From Aulosira sp. ZfuVER01 (GTDB taxonomy: Bacteria; Cyanobacteriota; Cyanobacteriia; Cyanobacteriales; Nostocaceae), in the NCBI GenBank assembly GCA_034530615.2, contig JAVRCV020000049.1:192001-256000 (forward strand): a stretch of 64,000 nt of DNA. The letters run 5' to 3'. The first letter of the stretch is position 1; the number at the start of each line of letters is the position of its first letter. The translations under genes and the position numbers were made by a program. This document shows positions 18,302-28,731 of this stretch, piece after piece. Under the pieces are notes generated by a model. The model searched no databases. It saw only the letters and a program-made list of their open reading frames with translations, and was not told where the DNA came from.

Positions 18302-20338
18302 TTATTTTTTAGGTACTAAGCAAATTAACTGAGCTTCCAGCCTAGCTTTAGGGTCAAGTAATTTAATTTGATTTTTTTGACATAATTCTTGAATAGATGC
18401 TTCTATTTGAGCTTCAATTGCAGTAGGAAAGTGACTGAGGGTATTTTGAATCAAAGTTTGTCTACTTAATAAATACTGAGTAGTGACTAAATTTAATATA
18501 AAGTCATTTATTGGTAATTTTGGTGGAGGTTTGATTGTTCCTTTAACTATGCCTAAATCTTTTAATAAAGGACAGTCTTCTAAAACTTTAGATTCACGAA
18601 TAAGAGCTTGCAAATTCTTTAGGTTGATTGTTTGACTACCAATAACTAAATCATTTTCACGAGCATCTCTAACTAAACTTTGGTAAGTCTCTAGGAAATG
18701 AACAGAGATAAGATTTGGCTTGATGTGTTTATGAGGTGATTCTGTAAAAATCTCTACAAATACTTTATGTCCTTTATTTTTAGAATCACCCAATCCTTCT
18801 GCGCGAATCAGATATAGAGTTAAAGAAGGATCTTTTTTAATAGCTTTTTTGCAAGCTTCCATGATGTAGAAGAAGTTGGTCATATTAGCATCTTCTGTCC
18901 AAACTACTCCGAAGTTTCCAGGGTTATTAGGCAATTGATAGCCTATTGAATAACTAGCATACTTAGTTCCAGTAAAGAGTGGAGTTTTAATTCCTTCTAT
19001 TTGCAACCCTGCTAAAGATTCTTTTATAATCTGAATCAAGTCTGGTGAAGATAAATGGCGAAATTTTGTAATTCGCTGTTGAACTTTAGTAAATTCTTCC
19101 TGCCATTTTAATTTAAATGATGCTAGTAATTTTAGTTTTTTATTTTTGTCCTCTACTTCATCATTTTTAGGATATGTAAAATCTGCTGGATTTTTGCCAT
19201 TTACTAACCATTCTTTATAGTATTGAAATATATCTCTACCAAGAATTATAATATTTCTGGGATCAGTCTTTCCTGAAGGAAATTCTTCTTCTAAATATTG
19301 GCGATTTAAAGGATAAAGGGCAGAATTGGGTTTAGGATTTACCTGACGATGAAGCAAATAAAGACGAGATGCTAGTAGTAGTTCTGCTTGTTGTAAATTG
19401 ATAGGTCTGAGAGGAACTTGTCGTTCTATTCTAGCTTTATCAGTCTGATCAATCTGCCTTGCTTGCTTATTCCAAATATCTGTATTAATGCTGATAATAA
19501 TTAGAAAATTGTTATCTTCATCATGTATTTTTGTGTTAACGTCAAACAAGTTTTGCAAGGCAAGTGAACCATCTGGGAGACGCGCAATATTGTTTAACTG
19601 ATCAAAGCAAAGTACAATTGGCTGGGTATCAGCTGCAATTCTACTAAAGTTCGCTAAAGTTTCTCTTGCAGCTTCTTCTGTATCAATAGACCTCTTAACT
19701 TTTAGCTCTTGCAAAGACTCTTCAGCTAAATCATCTCCACGTAACCACTCGCAAGCTACAGGATACAGTTCTAAATCCGTCAGATCATGTAAAACTCCGA
19801 AAAAGCTGTCTGCATTATAGATACCTACTTGTTTGTATATATCTTTTAGTTTGTGAATAAATCTGCGGCGATCACTTCGCAATAAATCAAATATATCATC
19901 CTTAAAAATGCGTTCTTTAACGCTGCGTTGTTTAATAGCAAATAGAACATTTTCCAGCCAAAGTAACAGTTGAGAATCTTTTTGTCCCTCTGGAACTTGT
20001 ACTAAACTATCAACTGTGTAGCGTAAAATGTGCCTCCAGATGCTATCAGTCTGAGGAAATGGAGGAATATAAACAAAAAATGCTTTATGGTTTAATTTGT
20101 TCTTAAGTCTACCCAAAAGATAGGTCTTGCCAGAACCACCATCACCGTCCAATATCAGAGTACGTGTGCGATGATCTTGAGCAACTTGGTCGAGTATTAC
20201 TTCAATTGTAGTGATCGCTTCTTGATGGATAGAATCAACTATAGGTTCTGGCTGTTGCTGTTTGTGCCAAAAGTTGACAGAGCGAAAGTTATCGAAGGGG
20301 TTGATACTCCTCAGAATAATTTCATCTATAGATACCAT
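18302..20338 (-). CDS. P-loop (AAA-like) ATPase, possibly RcaG-like
   Basis: INPFD N-terminus, Walker A GDGGSGKT, Walker B-like IVLCFDQ, WLRG motif; long C-terminal extension. Confidence 0.8.
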   Translation of the reverse strand: MVSIDEIILRSINPFDNFRSVNFWHKQQQPEPIVDSIHQEAITTIEVILDQVAQDHRTRTLILDGDGGSGKTYLLGRLKNKLNHKAFFVYIPPFPQTDSIWRHILRYTVDSLVQVPEGQKDSQLLLWLENVLFAIKQRSVKERIFKDDIFDLLRSDRRRFIHKLKDIYKQVGIYNADSFFGVLHDLTDLELYPVACEWLRGDDLAEESLQELKVKRSIDTEEAARETLANFSRIAADTQPIVLCFDQLNNIARLPDGSLALQNLFDVNTKIHDEDNNFLIIISINTDIWNKQARQIDQTDKARIERQVPLRPINLQQAELLLASRLYLLHRQVNPKPNSALYPLNRQYLEEEFPSGKTDPRNIIILGRDIFQYYKEWLVNGKNPADFTYPKNDEVEDKNKKLKLLASFKLKWQEEFTKVQQRITKFRHLSSPDLIQIIKESLAGLQIEGIKTPLFTGTKYASYSIGYQLPNNPGNFGVVWTEDANMTNFFYIMEACKKAIKKDPSLTLYLIRAEGLGDSKNKGHKVFVEIFTESPHKHIKPNLISVHFLETYQSLVRDARENDLVIGSQTINLKNLQALIRESKVLEDCPLLKDLGIVKGTIKPPPKLPINDFILNLVTTQYLLSRQTLIQNTLSHFPTAIEAQIEASIQELCQKNQIKLLDPKARLEAQLICLVPKK

Positions 20339-20349
20339 AAAGTTACTCT

Positions 20350-21207
20350 TTAGTTCACGGTAAGTTTAATGAAAAACAGCGGACTTCCTGAACGCTGGTT
20401 AATTCCAGCGTTGACTTGCTCTTGAGTGTATTCTTGAGCGTGTACAAGCGCTCTCAATTCAATTTGGTCATTCTTTTGCAAACGATACAGTACTTGATCT
20501 AATTCATCCCTTGAAAGCGGTGGTTGTAACTTTTGTCGCAGATGGAAAATAGGTAAATAATTATCTGTACCCAATTCCTTATCTAATTTTTCAATAATTT
20601 GTAAAATTTCTTCATCACTGAGATTACTAATTATTTCAGAAGCTGACTCTGTAGCAATTGTTAGTGAAGTAGAAACTTGTTCTGACTTTACTCGCAAGTT
20701 CTTGCGTAAAAACCGCAGGTAATTACCCAGCAATTCCAAACTAATGACGGGGTTAGAGCCTTTGTTAGGACTGTAATCATCCCGCAAATACTCAATTCCT
20801 CTTTCAGTTAACCAAACTTCGGCTTTAGTTCTTTGAATTTTGATTTCAGCTTCAATCAACCCCCGTTCCTTCAGGGTGTTCAATATCGCATCTCGTTCAG
20901 CAGCTTTTGGCGAGGTGATTTTGCTGGGGGCGATTTTCCCAGAAGCTTTACTTATCTTGTCCAGTACTTTGAGTTCTTTGTCTGTGATCGGTACTTGGGC
21001 TGCATCAAGCTTCAGCAGAGCTTGACCCGGCGGTAAAATTTTAACTGTGGCAATCTCACGGGTATAGTCTACCAGTTCGCGATCGCCCAAATCTCGACAA
21101 ATTTTGTCTTTACCTTTAAACGAGCTAAAAGCACTTGCAGTAAGGCTAGAGCGATAATTGGGACATCCCAACAACTTGAGTAGAAACTTTAACTCGTTCG
21201 TTTCCAT
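20350..21207 (-). CDS. rcaD: RcaD-like multi-winged-helix DNA-binding protein
   Basis: ELKFLLKLLG N-terminus; wHTH-like segments (LKERGLIE...VWLTERGIEYL; YLPIFHLRQKLQPPLSRDELDQVLYRLQ). Matches my recollection of proteins annotated RcaD; not verified by search. Confidence 0.6.
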   Translation of the reverse strand: METNELKFLLKLLGCPNYRSSLTASAFSSFKGKDKICRDLGDRELVDYTREIATVKILPPGQALLKLDAAQVPITDKELKVLDKISKASGKIAPSKITSPKAAERDAILNTLKERGLIEAEIKIQRTKAEVWLTERGIEYLRDDYSPNKGSNPVISLELLGNYLRFLRKNLRVKSEQVSTSLTIATESASEIISNLSDEEILQIIEKLDKELGTDNYLPIFHLRQKLQPPLSRDELDQVLYRLQKNDQIELRALVHAQEYTQEQVNAGINQRSGSPLFFIKLTVN

Positions 21208-21376
21208 GCTGGTAATCTTGCCTGTATCTAATTAAGCATTAAGCACTACTCTAGCTCGAATGGCAAAAATTGACACACTTTTCCTAGCGTAGCATTAGTA
21301 TCCATGACTACGGAAAAGTAGGTGATCAGAATATACAGCGTTTCTAGCTATTAACTGACTTAACATTTCATAGCCA

Positions 21377-21455
21377 GTAGGGTACGTTATGGCAGAACGA
21401 CTAACGCACAGATGAGCAAATCAAAATGGTGCGTTACTTAGTTAACGCACCATAC
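21377..21455. repeat. Inverted GTAG-type REP doublet (REPIN-like)
   Basis: gtagggtacgtta...taacgcac and ggtgcgtta...taacgcaccatac. Confidence 0.65.
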
Positions 21456-21479
21456 TTAAGAAATATAAGACTGTTGAAG

Positions 21480-22217
21480 TCAATTCGATAACATCGTTGC
21501 TAGAGCTTTTTCAACTGCTTTGGGATCTGTGAGTAACTGTGCGGCTATTTCTTTAGCTTGCTCACCTGGATAAACATCCTCTACGCCATCGATGACAGCT
21601 TGCAATGCTTCTTGAACAACAACCTCTGGAGCCACTTTTGGCGGCGGAAAGTGTTTACTCATTCCTGTGTCTACTGTTCCAGGCATGACACCTACAACTA
21701 ATGTACCCTGTGCTGCTAACTCAGCCCGAATACTTTGGGTCATCAACAACGCTGCTGCTTTAGAAGCACAGTAAGAAGCATTGAGTGGTAAATTGACTTT
21801 TGCCAGAATAGTCAGCATATTAACGATCGCACCGCCACCATTCACTTTTAATACCGGAGCAAACGCCCGACACACGTTCAAAGTGCCAAAATAATTGACT
21901 TCTATTTCTGATCTAGCAGCAGAAAGGTCAGGGGTAGAGATAAATCCTTTGAGCAGACCAATTCCCGCATTGTTGATCAGCAAATTTACATCTGGGCACT
22001 CTACAGCAGCAGCTTTGACCGATTGCTCATCGGTAATATCCAGTGCAATCGGGATGATGCGTCGCGGATCGACCGCCACTATCTCAGCGAGAGAATCAGG
22101 GTTTCTGGCTCCTGCATAGATGCGAGATGCCCCAGCTGCTCGTAACCCTTCTACGTAATTTTTCCCAATCCCACCGTTAGCGCCTGTAACCAATGCAACT
22201 GAATTTTGGATCTGCAT
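21480..22217 (-). CDS. Short-chain dehydrogenase/reductase
   Basis: TGANGGIG, NNAG, YCASK. Confidence 0.92.
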   Translation of the reverse strand: MQIQNSVALVTGANGGIGKNYVEGLRAAGASRIYAGARNPDSLAEIVAVDPRRIIPIALDITDEQSVKAAAVECPDVNLLINNAGIGLLKGFISTPDLSAARSEIEVNYFGTLNVCRAFAPVLKVNGGGAIVNMLTILAKVNLPLNASYCASKAAALLMTQSIRAELAAQGTLVVGVMPGTVDTGMSKHFPPPKVAPEVVVQEALQAVIDGVEDVYPGEQAKEIAAQLLTDPKAVEKALATMLSN

Positions 22218-22262
22218 TTTTGGCTCCTTATGTATTCATGTAGTTGTAAAACTTTCTTTTCT

Positions 22263-23450
22263 CTATTCCCCAGTGCCCGATCGCCAGACAACAATGACCG
22301 CGATCGCACTCATGATCAGCATTAATCCTCCAGCCCAACCATAGGTTGACCCTAAACCTACCTGCTGACTCAAAGGCTGACTGAGAATAGGCGAGATAAA
22401 CTGTCCGAGAAAAAGTGAAGTTGTCAAGCCACCCAATACCCGACCGCGTGCCGTTGCCGGGACAGTCGCAGTTAGGCAGACATTCATATTTGGCATCAGC
22501 AATCCAATACCCAGCCCACCAATTGCTAAACCGATAAGAATTAGTTCATAGCTGCCAACCAAGCTGATGATGCTGTAGCCAATCGCCATCAAGCCAAAGG
22601 CGATCGCATAAATGGCATTAAAGGAAAACTGCTTTTTGAGTTGGGGATAGCCAAGGGCGCTAATAGAGGTGGCGAGTGTAGTGAGGGCAATTGCTAAACC
22701 ACTTTGAGCAGCCCTAGCGTTGATCAGTTGTTGCAAATAAAAAGGTAACTGTGTAGGAATCAAATAGAAGACAATTTGAGTAATCAGAGCGATCGCGTAA
22801 ATGGTAAGCAGCAATTCCCAAGGCAACGGTTCGGAAGTTGAGGGTAGTTGGCTTTGATTTGATACAGCATCGCGATCGCGCTGTGGTTCTGGTAAAACGA
22901 AAAGTACTAACGGTAGAATCAGCCAAGCTACCAGATAAATCAAGAATGGTAGTCGCCAGTTAACATCTGCCAACACACCCCCAAGGGACAAAAACACAAC
23001 ACCACCCAACCCCATGAAAGCTGCTTGCAACCCTAAAAATTGGGCGCGCGCTGCTCCAGTGTAGTAGTCTGCTATTAAGGTTGTGGCAGTTGTCATCACT
23101 CCAGCAACGCTCAAGCCTAGCAGCACTCGTCCGAATAACATTAAATCAATGGAGTTGAGAACAAACCCAGAACTCCCGGCTAGACCATAGAGCAGCATAG
23201 CCAATACCAGCAGCAATTTCCGCCCAAAACGGTCAATAAAAGTCCCCACGAATGGCGCACCGATGGCGATAAACAGAGCCGGAATCGTCAAAATCAGCCG
23301 AGTCCAATAATCTACATTGCTGACATTGCTAAAGTAATCTCGAATCGCAGGTAGTGATGGGGCGATCGTTGCACCTGCCATAACAGTGAGGGTACTGGTA
23401 AGAAGCAATGTGACTTTAACTAGTAGAGAGTTTGGATCTTGTTGTTTCAT
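22263..23450 (-). CDS. MFS transporter (drug/metabolite efflux type)
   Basis: Multiple TM helices, motif A GTFIDRFGRK, RGRVLG. Start ATG at 23450 (alternative 23483). Confidence 0.9.
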   Translation of the reverse strand: MKQQDPNSLLVKVTLLLTSTLTVMAGATIAPSLPAIRDYFSNVSNVDYWTRLILTIPALFIAIGAPFVGTFIDRFGRKLLLVLAMLLYGLAGSSGFVLNSIDLMLFGRVLLGLSVAGVMTTATTLIADYYTGAARAQFLGLQAAFMGLGGVVFLSLGGVLADVNWRLPFLIYLVAWLILPLVLFVLPEPQRDRDAVSNQSQLPSTSEPLPWELLLTIYAIALITQIVFYLIPTQLPFYLQQLINARAAQSGLAIALTTLATSISALGYPQLKKQFSFNAIYAIAFGLMAIGYSIISLVGSYELILIGLAIGGLGIGLLMPNMNVCLTATVPATARGRVLGGLTTSLFLGQFISPILSQPLSQQVGLGSTYGWAGGLMLIMSAIAVIVVWRSGTGE

Positions 23451-23798
23451 AAGAATGGCGCATGAAGGTGAGGGAGAAATCATTCTCCAAAAGAAGGCTA
23501 TGGATCGTGAAGCGGGGAAACGGAGACTCCTCCCATTTAATATGTCTGCGCTAAAGCTTTTATTTTGCACTTACAAGATATGGATTTACTCTATAAAATC
23601 AACCAAACTTTGTCCCTATCCCAGAGTTAAAGTTTTTGGCATATAGAAATGTCAGTATTAGGTTAACTTTAAGATTAGGCAATGACCTTAACTTATGGCT
23701 AGGTAAGATAAATTGAGATTTTAGATTTTAGGGACATAGATTTAAGCTTGATTTCCATAGCAGATGGACTCACATTAGCAATCAAAAATTAATCAATC

Positions 23799-24548
23799 AT
23801 GACAGGTAAATTAGACGGCAAAGTCGCAATTATTACCGGAGCCTCTTCTGGTATTGGTGAAGCCACAGCAGTAGCACTAGCAGCAGAGGGGGCAACAGTA
23901 GTGCTGGCTGCGCGCAGAGGCGATCGCTTAAATGCCCTCGCACAAAAAATTACTACCAGTGGTGGCAAGGCTTTACCCATCATTACAGATGTTACAGACG
24001 AAACTCAAGTACAGAATTTAGTCCAGAAAACCAAGACAGAATTCGGTCAAATAGATATCCTCGTAAATAATGCAGGTATTGCTGCTGTGGGTGCGATCGA
24101 TGGTGGAAATACCTCAGATTGGAAAGACATGATTAATCTCAACCTGTTGGGATTGCTGTATGTCACTCATGCCGTATTACCAATCTTGAAAGCTCAGGGT
24201 GCAGGGCATATCGTCAATATTTCATCCGTAGCAGGTCGGACGGCACGGGTTGGTATTGGTGTGTACAATGCAACAAAATGGGGTGTTAACGGTTTTTCAG
24301 AATCCTTGCGGCAGGAAGTTTGTAAGCATAATATCCGTGTGACTATCATTGAGCCTGGTTTAGTGAATACAGAAATTAACGACCGAATTTCCGACCCCAT
24401 TGCCAAACAAAATATGGAAGAACGTCGTCGTTCTGTGACACCTTTAGAAAGTGAAGATATTGCGGCGGCTATAGTTTATGCGGTGACACAGCCGCCACGT
24501 GTGAATGTGAATGAGATTCTCATTCGACCAACACTACAAGATTGGTAA
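23799..24548 (+). CDS. Short-chain dehydrogenase/reductase (NADP-dependent type)
   Basis: TGASSGIG, ARR, NNAG, YNATK. Confidence 0.93.
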   Translation: MTGKLDGKVAIITGASSGIGEATAVALAAEGATVVLAARRGDRLNALAQKITTSGGKALPIITDVTDETQVQNLVQKTKTEFGQIDILVNNAGIAAVGAIDGGNTSDWKDMINLNLLGLLYVTHAVLPILKAQGAGHIVNISSVAGRTARVGIGVYNATKWGVNGFSESLRQEVCKHNIRVTIIEPGLVNTEINDRISDPIAKQNMEERRRSVTPLESEDIAAAIVYAVTQPPRVNVNEILIRPTLQDW

Positions 24549-24668
24549 ATTTTGAAGAAATAAGGCAGGTGGCAAAAGCCAGTTGGGAAGGGAGTATTGA
24601 AAGCGGCAAATAACAAATGATTCGATTAGATTAAAATTAGATAGCTAAATAGCAGTTCGTATCTTGTA

Positions 24669-25466
24669 ATGAATCCCTACAATATCTTTAATCAGACCGA
24701 ACTTCAGCGTGTTAGTGATGGCATCACCCGACCCTTACTAGAAAATTGCGAGACTGCCTCACATATCCTTATTTTAGTTTGGCCACAACTTGGGGATTTT
24801 GATAGCCTTGAATATGCATGGTGGTTACAGCACGAAGCTGAAAAATTACCGCCTGAAAAACTCGCTATTCGTGCAGTGGGAATTGGCGATCGCACCTCTG
24901 GAACACGATTCTGTGAATATACAGGATTTCTACCCCAAAATTTATTTGTTGACCCTAATGCAGAACTTCATCAGCAACTCAAACTTTATTCAGGTCTGAA
25001 TCTTTCTGTTCCTGGAGTTTCTGTATCTGTGAAAGCTTGGCTAAATCTAATGTTAATGTGTGCAGGGTTTGGCAGCCCAGGAACTTTAAGAGAAGTTTTT
25101 CGGGGATACAGGGGCGATCGTCAAGCCCCTCAACTCATTGAAGATGATGAAATTATTCAAGCTACTCCTCTACCTGCGTTTAAAGGCTCGTTTTTTAAAT
25201 TAGCTGGCGGAGGTGGGTTTCAACGTCCCTTTGAATTAGCTACTCTCCGGCTACGGAATATGGTGGAAGTTCTGAGCAATTGGCAGACTTATGTACCTAA
25301 TTCTGCCTACTTAACTCAGCGTGGTGGAACTTTTCTGTTTGATTCCAGAGGTCAGTTACTTTACGAACATCGAGATCCGGGAATTCTCGGCTTTGCTGCT
25401 AATATGAGTCAGCCCCTATCATTTTTATCCGCGATCGAAACAGATAGCTTTACTTCAACTCGCTAA
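24669..25466 (+). CDS. Peroxiredoxin-like family protein (AhpC/TSA_2)
   Basis: WPQLGDFDSLEYA, GIG, RPFELATLRL, TQRGGTFLF. Confidence 0.75.
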   Translation: MNPYNIFNQTELQRVSDGITRPLLENCETASHILILVWPQLGDFDSLEYAWWLQHEAEKLPPEKLAIRAVGIGDRTSGTRFCEYTGFLPQNLFVDPNAELHQQLKLYSGLNLSVPGVSVSVKAWLNLMLMCAGFGSPGTLREVFRGYRGDRQAPQLIEDDEIIQATPLPAFKGSFFKLAGGGGFQRPFELATLRLRNMVEVLSNWQTYVPNSAYLTQRGGTFLFDSRGQLLYEHRDPGILGFAANMSQPLSFLSAIETDSFTSTR

Positions 25467-25606
25467 TTCCTGATTGCTATTTGAATGCGTTTCACAGAGA
25501 TTTATAGATGCGGACTCGTGCGCTAACAAACTGCTAGATTTCTCAACTTAGCTAGAGTTACTGGCAGTCCTGTACTAATCTAAGATTATTCAGCTTTAGC
25601 AAAAAA

Positions 25607-26812
25607 GTGATGTCTCAAGTTGTCATTGTTGGGGCAGGGCCTACTGGTGCAACGCTGGCGCTTTTGTTTGCCAAACGCGGCATTGCGGTGAAATTAATTG
25701 AAGCATCTCGCAACTTCCGCCGAATTTTTCGTGGTGAAGGATTGATGCCTAGTGGATTAGATGCGCTCGAACAAATGGGATTGTTACCCATCTTGGAACG
25801 CATTCCCCATCATGCTATAGATGCTTGGGAATTTTTCCTAGATAATCAGTTGCTATTTCGCGTAGAGGAACCATTTGAAATTGGTGGTAAGCCCACAACG
25901 CTTGTCTCACAGCCAGCTTTGCTAGAAGCCTTAATTGAAGAAGCTAGCACCTATCCTAATTTTGAGTTCCTACAGAGTGTAGCTGTACAAGACTTGCTGT
26001 GGGAGGAGGAACGAGTTAGTGGTGTAAAACTCAATGATGAACGCTGTATTGATGCAGATTTAGTTATCGGCGCAGATGGCCGTAATTCTATTGTTCGGCA
26101 ACGAGCAAATTTACATTTAGAGCATTATGACAAAACTTTTGATGTTCTCTGGTTTAAATTAGCCAATAGTCCAGATTTTCAATCTGAAAATATATTTTAC
26201 TCAATTCTTTCTGGCGATCGCGCATTTGGTTTGTTTGCGGGAGCAGAAGGCAATTTGCAATTGGGCTGGTCGCTGAATCAGGACAGTGCTAATGATTGGA
26301 GAAAAGTTGATTGGCCTGCGATGTTGCTGTCAGTATCGCCTCCCTTTTTAGCCGAGCATTTGCAACAAAACGCACAAACCATTGAGCGACCTGTATTGTT
26401 GTCTGTGGTAGTGGGGCGCTGTCCACACTGGTATAGACCAGGATTATTGCTTTTGGGAGATGCGGCTCATCCGATGTCACCGATTCGCGCTCAAGGTATC
26501 AATATGGCATTACGAGATGTGATTGTTGCTGCCAACCATTTAGTTCCAGTATTGCGCTCAACGAAGCCAGAGCAGACAAATATTGATGCCATCTTACCGC
26601 AGATTCAAGCACAACGAGAGCCTGAGATTGTCCTTGTGCAGCAACTTCAAGCTCAAGAAGCAGCTCAGGCTGAACTATTAGGTAAAAGCCCAATTCTGCG
26701 ATGGGCAGTAATTAAGCTAATTCCTGTGCTACGACCGATCCTGCGGCAGTCTTGGCTCTTGCGACAGATCCAGCTGCGTCAAGGGATAAAACACATACAG
26801 TTAACAATGTGA
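25607..26812 (+). CDS. FAD-dependent monooxygenase/oxidoreductase
   Basis: GAGPTG, GADG, GDAAHPMSPIRAQGINMALRD. Confidence 0.9.
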   Translation: MMSQVVIVGAGPTGATLALLFAKRGIAVKLIEASRNFRRIFRGEGLMPSGLDALEQMGLLPILERIPHHAIDAWEFFLDNQLLFRVEEPFEIGGKPTTLVSQPALLEALIEEASTYPNFEFLQSVAVQDLLWEEERVSGVKLNDERCIDADLVIGADGRNSIVRQRANLHLEHYDKTFDVLWFKLANSPDFQSENIFYSILSGDRAFGLFAGAEGNLQLGWSLNQDSANDWRKVDWPAMLLSVSPPFLAEHLQQNAQTIERPVLLSVVVGRCPHWYRPGLLLLGDAAHPMSPIRAQGINMALRDVIVAANHLVPVLRSTKPEQTNIDAILPQIQAQREPEIVLVQQLQAQEAAQAELLGKSPILRWAVIKLIPVLRPILRQSWLLRQIQLRQGIKHIQLTM

Positions 26813-26838
26813 CTCTCCCACCTCTAGTTGATGTTAGC

Positions 26839-26868
26839 TTTTGTCATTTGTCATTGGTCATTGGTCAA
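26839..26868. repeat. STRR heptamer repeats (GTCATTN)
   Basis: ttgtcatttgtcattggtcattggtca. Confidence 0.75.
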
Positions 26869-27070
26869 TTCCCCGCGTCTTGGTGTCTCCTTCTCTTTCA
26901 TCCATAGCGGTGAACTGGTTTCATTGGGGCTGCTTTGTCCTGTGTTTATGCAGGAGGCTGTACTGCTTTACCTACACCGTATTCATACACTAATTCCCCG
27001 CCATAGTGAGAGCCGGAGAAAATTGACAAGTATGTTAATCCATTCAAATTTGTGCATTGACTTGAGTTTT

Positions 27071-28018
27071 TTACAAGCTGGCAAATTGATCTGTGGCTTC
27101 AATCAAAGCGCTGCGAATCCCCGGTTCGCTCATTGAGTGTCCAGCATCAGGAACAACTACAAATTTTGCTTCTGGCCAAGCGCAGTGCAATTCCCAAGCT
27201 GATACCATTGGGCAAACGACATCATAACGTCCTTGCACGATTACTGCTGGAATATGGCGTATGCGATGAATGTTGAGCAGCAATTGATCTTCAGGGTCAA
27301 AAAATCCTTTATTGATGAAATAATGGCATTCAATGCGAGCAAAAGCTGAAGCAAACTCATTCTCACCAAATTTTTGCATCAGTTCAGGGTCTGGAAATAG
27401 CTTACTGGTACTTGCTTCCCAAATTGACCAAGCACGAGCTGCTTCTAGTCTAATTTGCAGATCTGGACTAGTTAAACGTCGGTAATAAGCACCAAGCAGA
27501 TCGTTACGTTCATCTATCGCAATTGGTTTGATATATTCTGCCCAATACTCAGGAAAGATATAGCTTGCACCTTCTTGATAAAACCAGCGCAATTCTTGGG
27601 GTCTGAGCATGAAGATGCCGCGCAGAATTAAGCCTGTGCAACGCGAGGGATGTGTTTGACTGTACGCTAATGATAAGGTACTTCCCCAGCTACCACCAAA
27701 AACTACCCACTTCTCGATCCCTAAATGCTGACGTAGTTTTTCAATGTCGTTAACTAAATCCCAAGTCGTATTTTCCCTTAATTCAGCATGAGGCGTACTT
27801 TGACCGCAACCACGTTGATCGAACATTACTAAGCGCCATTTTTCCGGGTGGAAGTACTGCCGATAAATCGGGAGAAAACCACCACCAGGCCCCCCATGAA
27901 GTAAAACAATCGGCTTACCATCTGGATTACCAGATTCTTCAAAATGAATTGTGTGGAGGCTAGAAACTTGTAAACTACCTTCTCGGTAGGGTTCGATAGG
28001 GGGGTAAAGTTCTTGCAT
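27071..28018 (-). CDS. pip: Proline iminopeptidase
   Basis: LYPPIEPY, HGGPGGG, DQRGCG, GGSWGS nucleophile, GRYDVVCP, AGHS. Confidence 0.95.
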   Translation of the reverse strand: MQELYPPIEPYREGSLQVSSLHTIHFEESGNPDGKPIVLLHGGPGGGFLPIYRQYFHPEKWRLVMFDQRGCGQSTPHAELRENTTWDLVNDIEKLRQHLGIEKWVVFGGSWGSTLSLAYSQTHPSRCTGLILRGIFMLRPQELRWFYQEGASYIFPEYWAEYIKPIAIDERNDLLGAYYRRLTSPDLQIRLEAARAWSIWEASTSKLFPDPELMQKFGENEFASAFARIECHYFINKGFFDPEDQLLLNIHRIRHIPAVIVQGRYDVVCPMVSAWELHCAWPEAKFVVVPDAGHSMSEPGIRSALIEATDQFASL

Positions 28019-28097
28019 TCTTGTTATTGACAAGCACTGACACTTAATAATTTTGGCATTACCCTTAGTCTACTTTTAACTCAGCACTCATAACTTC

Positions 28098-28730
28098 TCA
28101 TTCAAGACTGACAATTCCGCGTTTGAGGGCTGTAATAACTGCTTGGATGCGATCGCTCACTCCCAATTTACTGAGAATATTATTCACGTGGTATTTAACA
28201 GTTCCCTCTGATATCTGCAAAACAGTACCAATTTCCTGATTTGTCTTGCCAGTAGCTATGAGGCTGATTACTTCTAGTTCTCGTCCACTTAGTTGCAAAA
28301 TACCCACTCGCTCTGCTAGTTTAGCTCCTACTGAAGGGGGAATGTACTTTTTTCCAGTATTCACAACGCGAATGGCTGCGAGTAGTTCATCCGGTTCAGC
28401 ATCTTTTAACAAATACCCTTTTGCCCCAGCTTTTAGTCCCCGATAGATGTCTTCGTCACCATCATAGGTAGTCAACACAATAATTCGAGAGTCTTCAAAT
28501 TCGTTACAAATAGCGGTAATGGCTGCAACTCCATCCATTTCTGGCATTCGCAAATCCATGAGTGTGACATCAGGTTGATGTTGCCGAAATGCGGTAACTG
28601 CCTCATACCCATTACAAGCCTGTCCGACGACTGCCATATCTGGTTCGCGATCGATCATTGCGGCTAAACCCTGGCGAACAACGGGATGATCGTCAACAAT
28701 CAAGATGCGGATCGGTTGTTGCTGGCTCAT
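28098..28730 (-). CDS. NarL/LuxR-family response regulator
   Basis: VDDHPVVR, MDLRMP, GYLLK receiver domain; LSGRELEV...GTVKYHV HTH. Confidence 0.95.
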   Translation of the reverse strand: MSQQQPIRILIVDDHPVVRQGLAAMIDREPDMAVVGQACNGYEAVTAFRQHQPDVTLMDLRMPEMDGVAAITAICNEFEDSRIIVLTTYDGDEDIYRGLKAGAKGYLLKDAEPDELLAAIRVVNTGKKYIPPSVGAKLAERVGILQLSGRELEVISLIATGKTNQEIGTVLQISEGTVKYHVNNILSKLGVSDRIQAVITALKRGIVSLE

Positions 28731-28731
28731 T

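Noticed and set aside
26828..27136. 102-aa plus-strand ORF
   Set aside because: Starts in STRR repeats (VICHWSLV) and overlaps the pip end in antisense; no recognisable domain.
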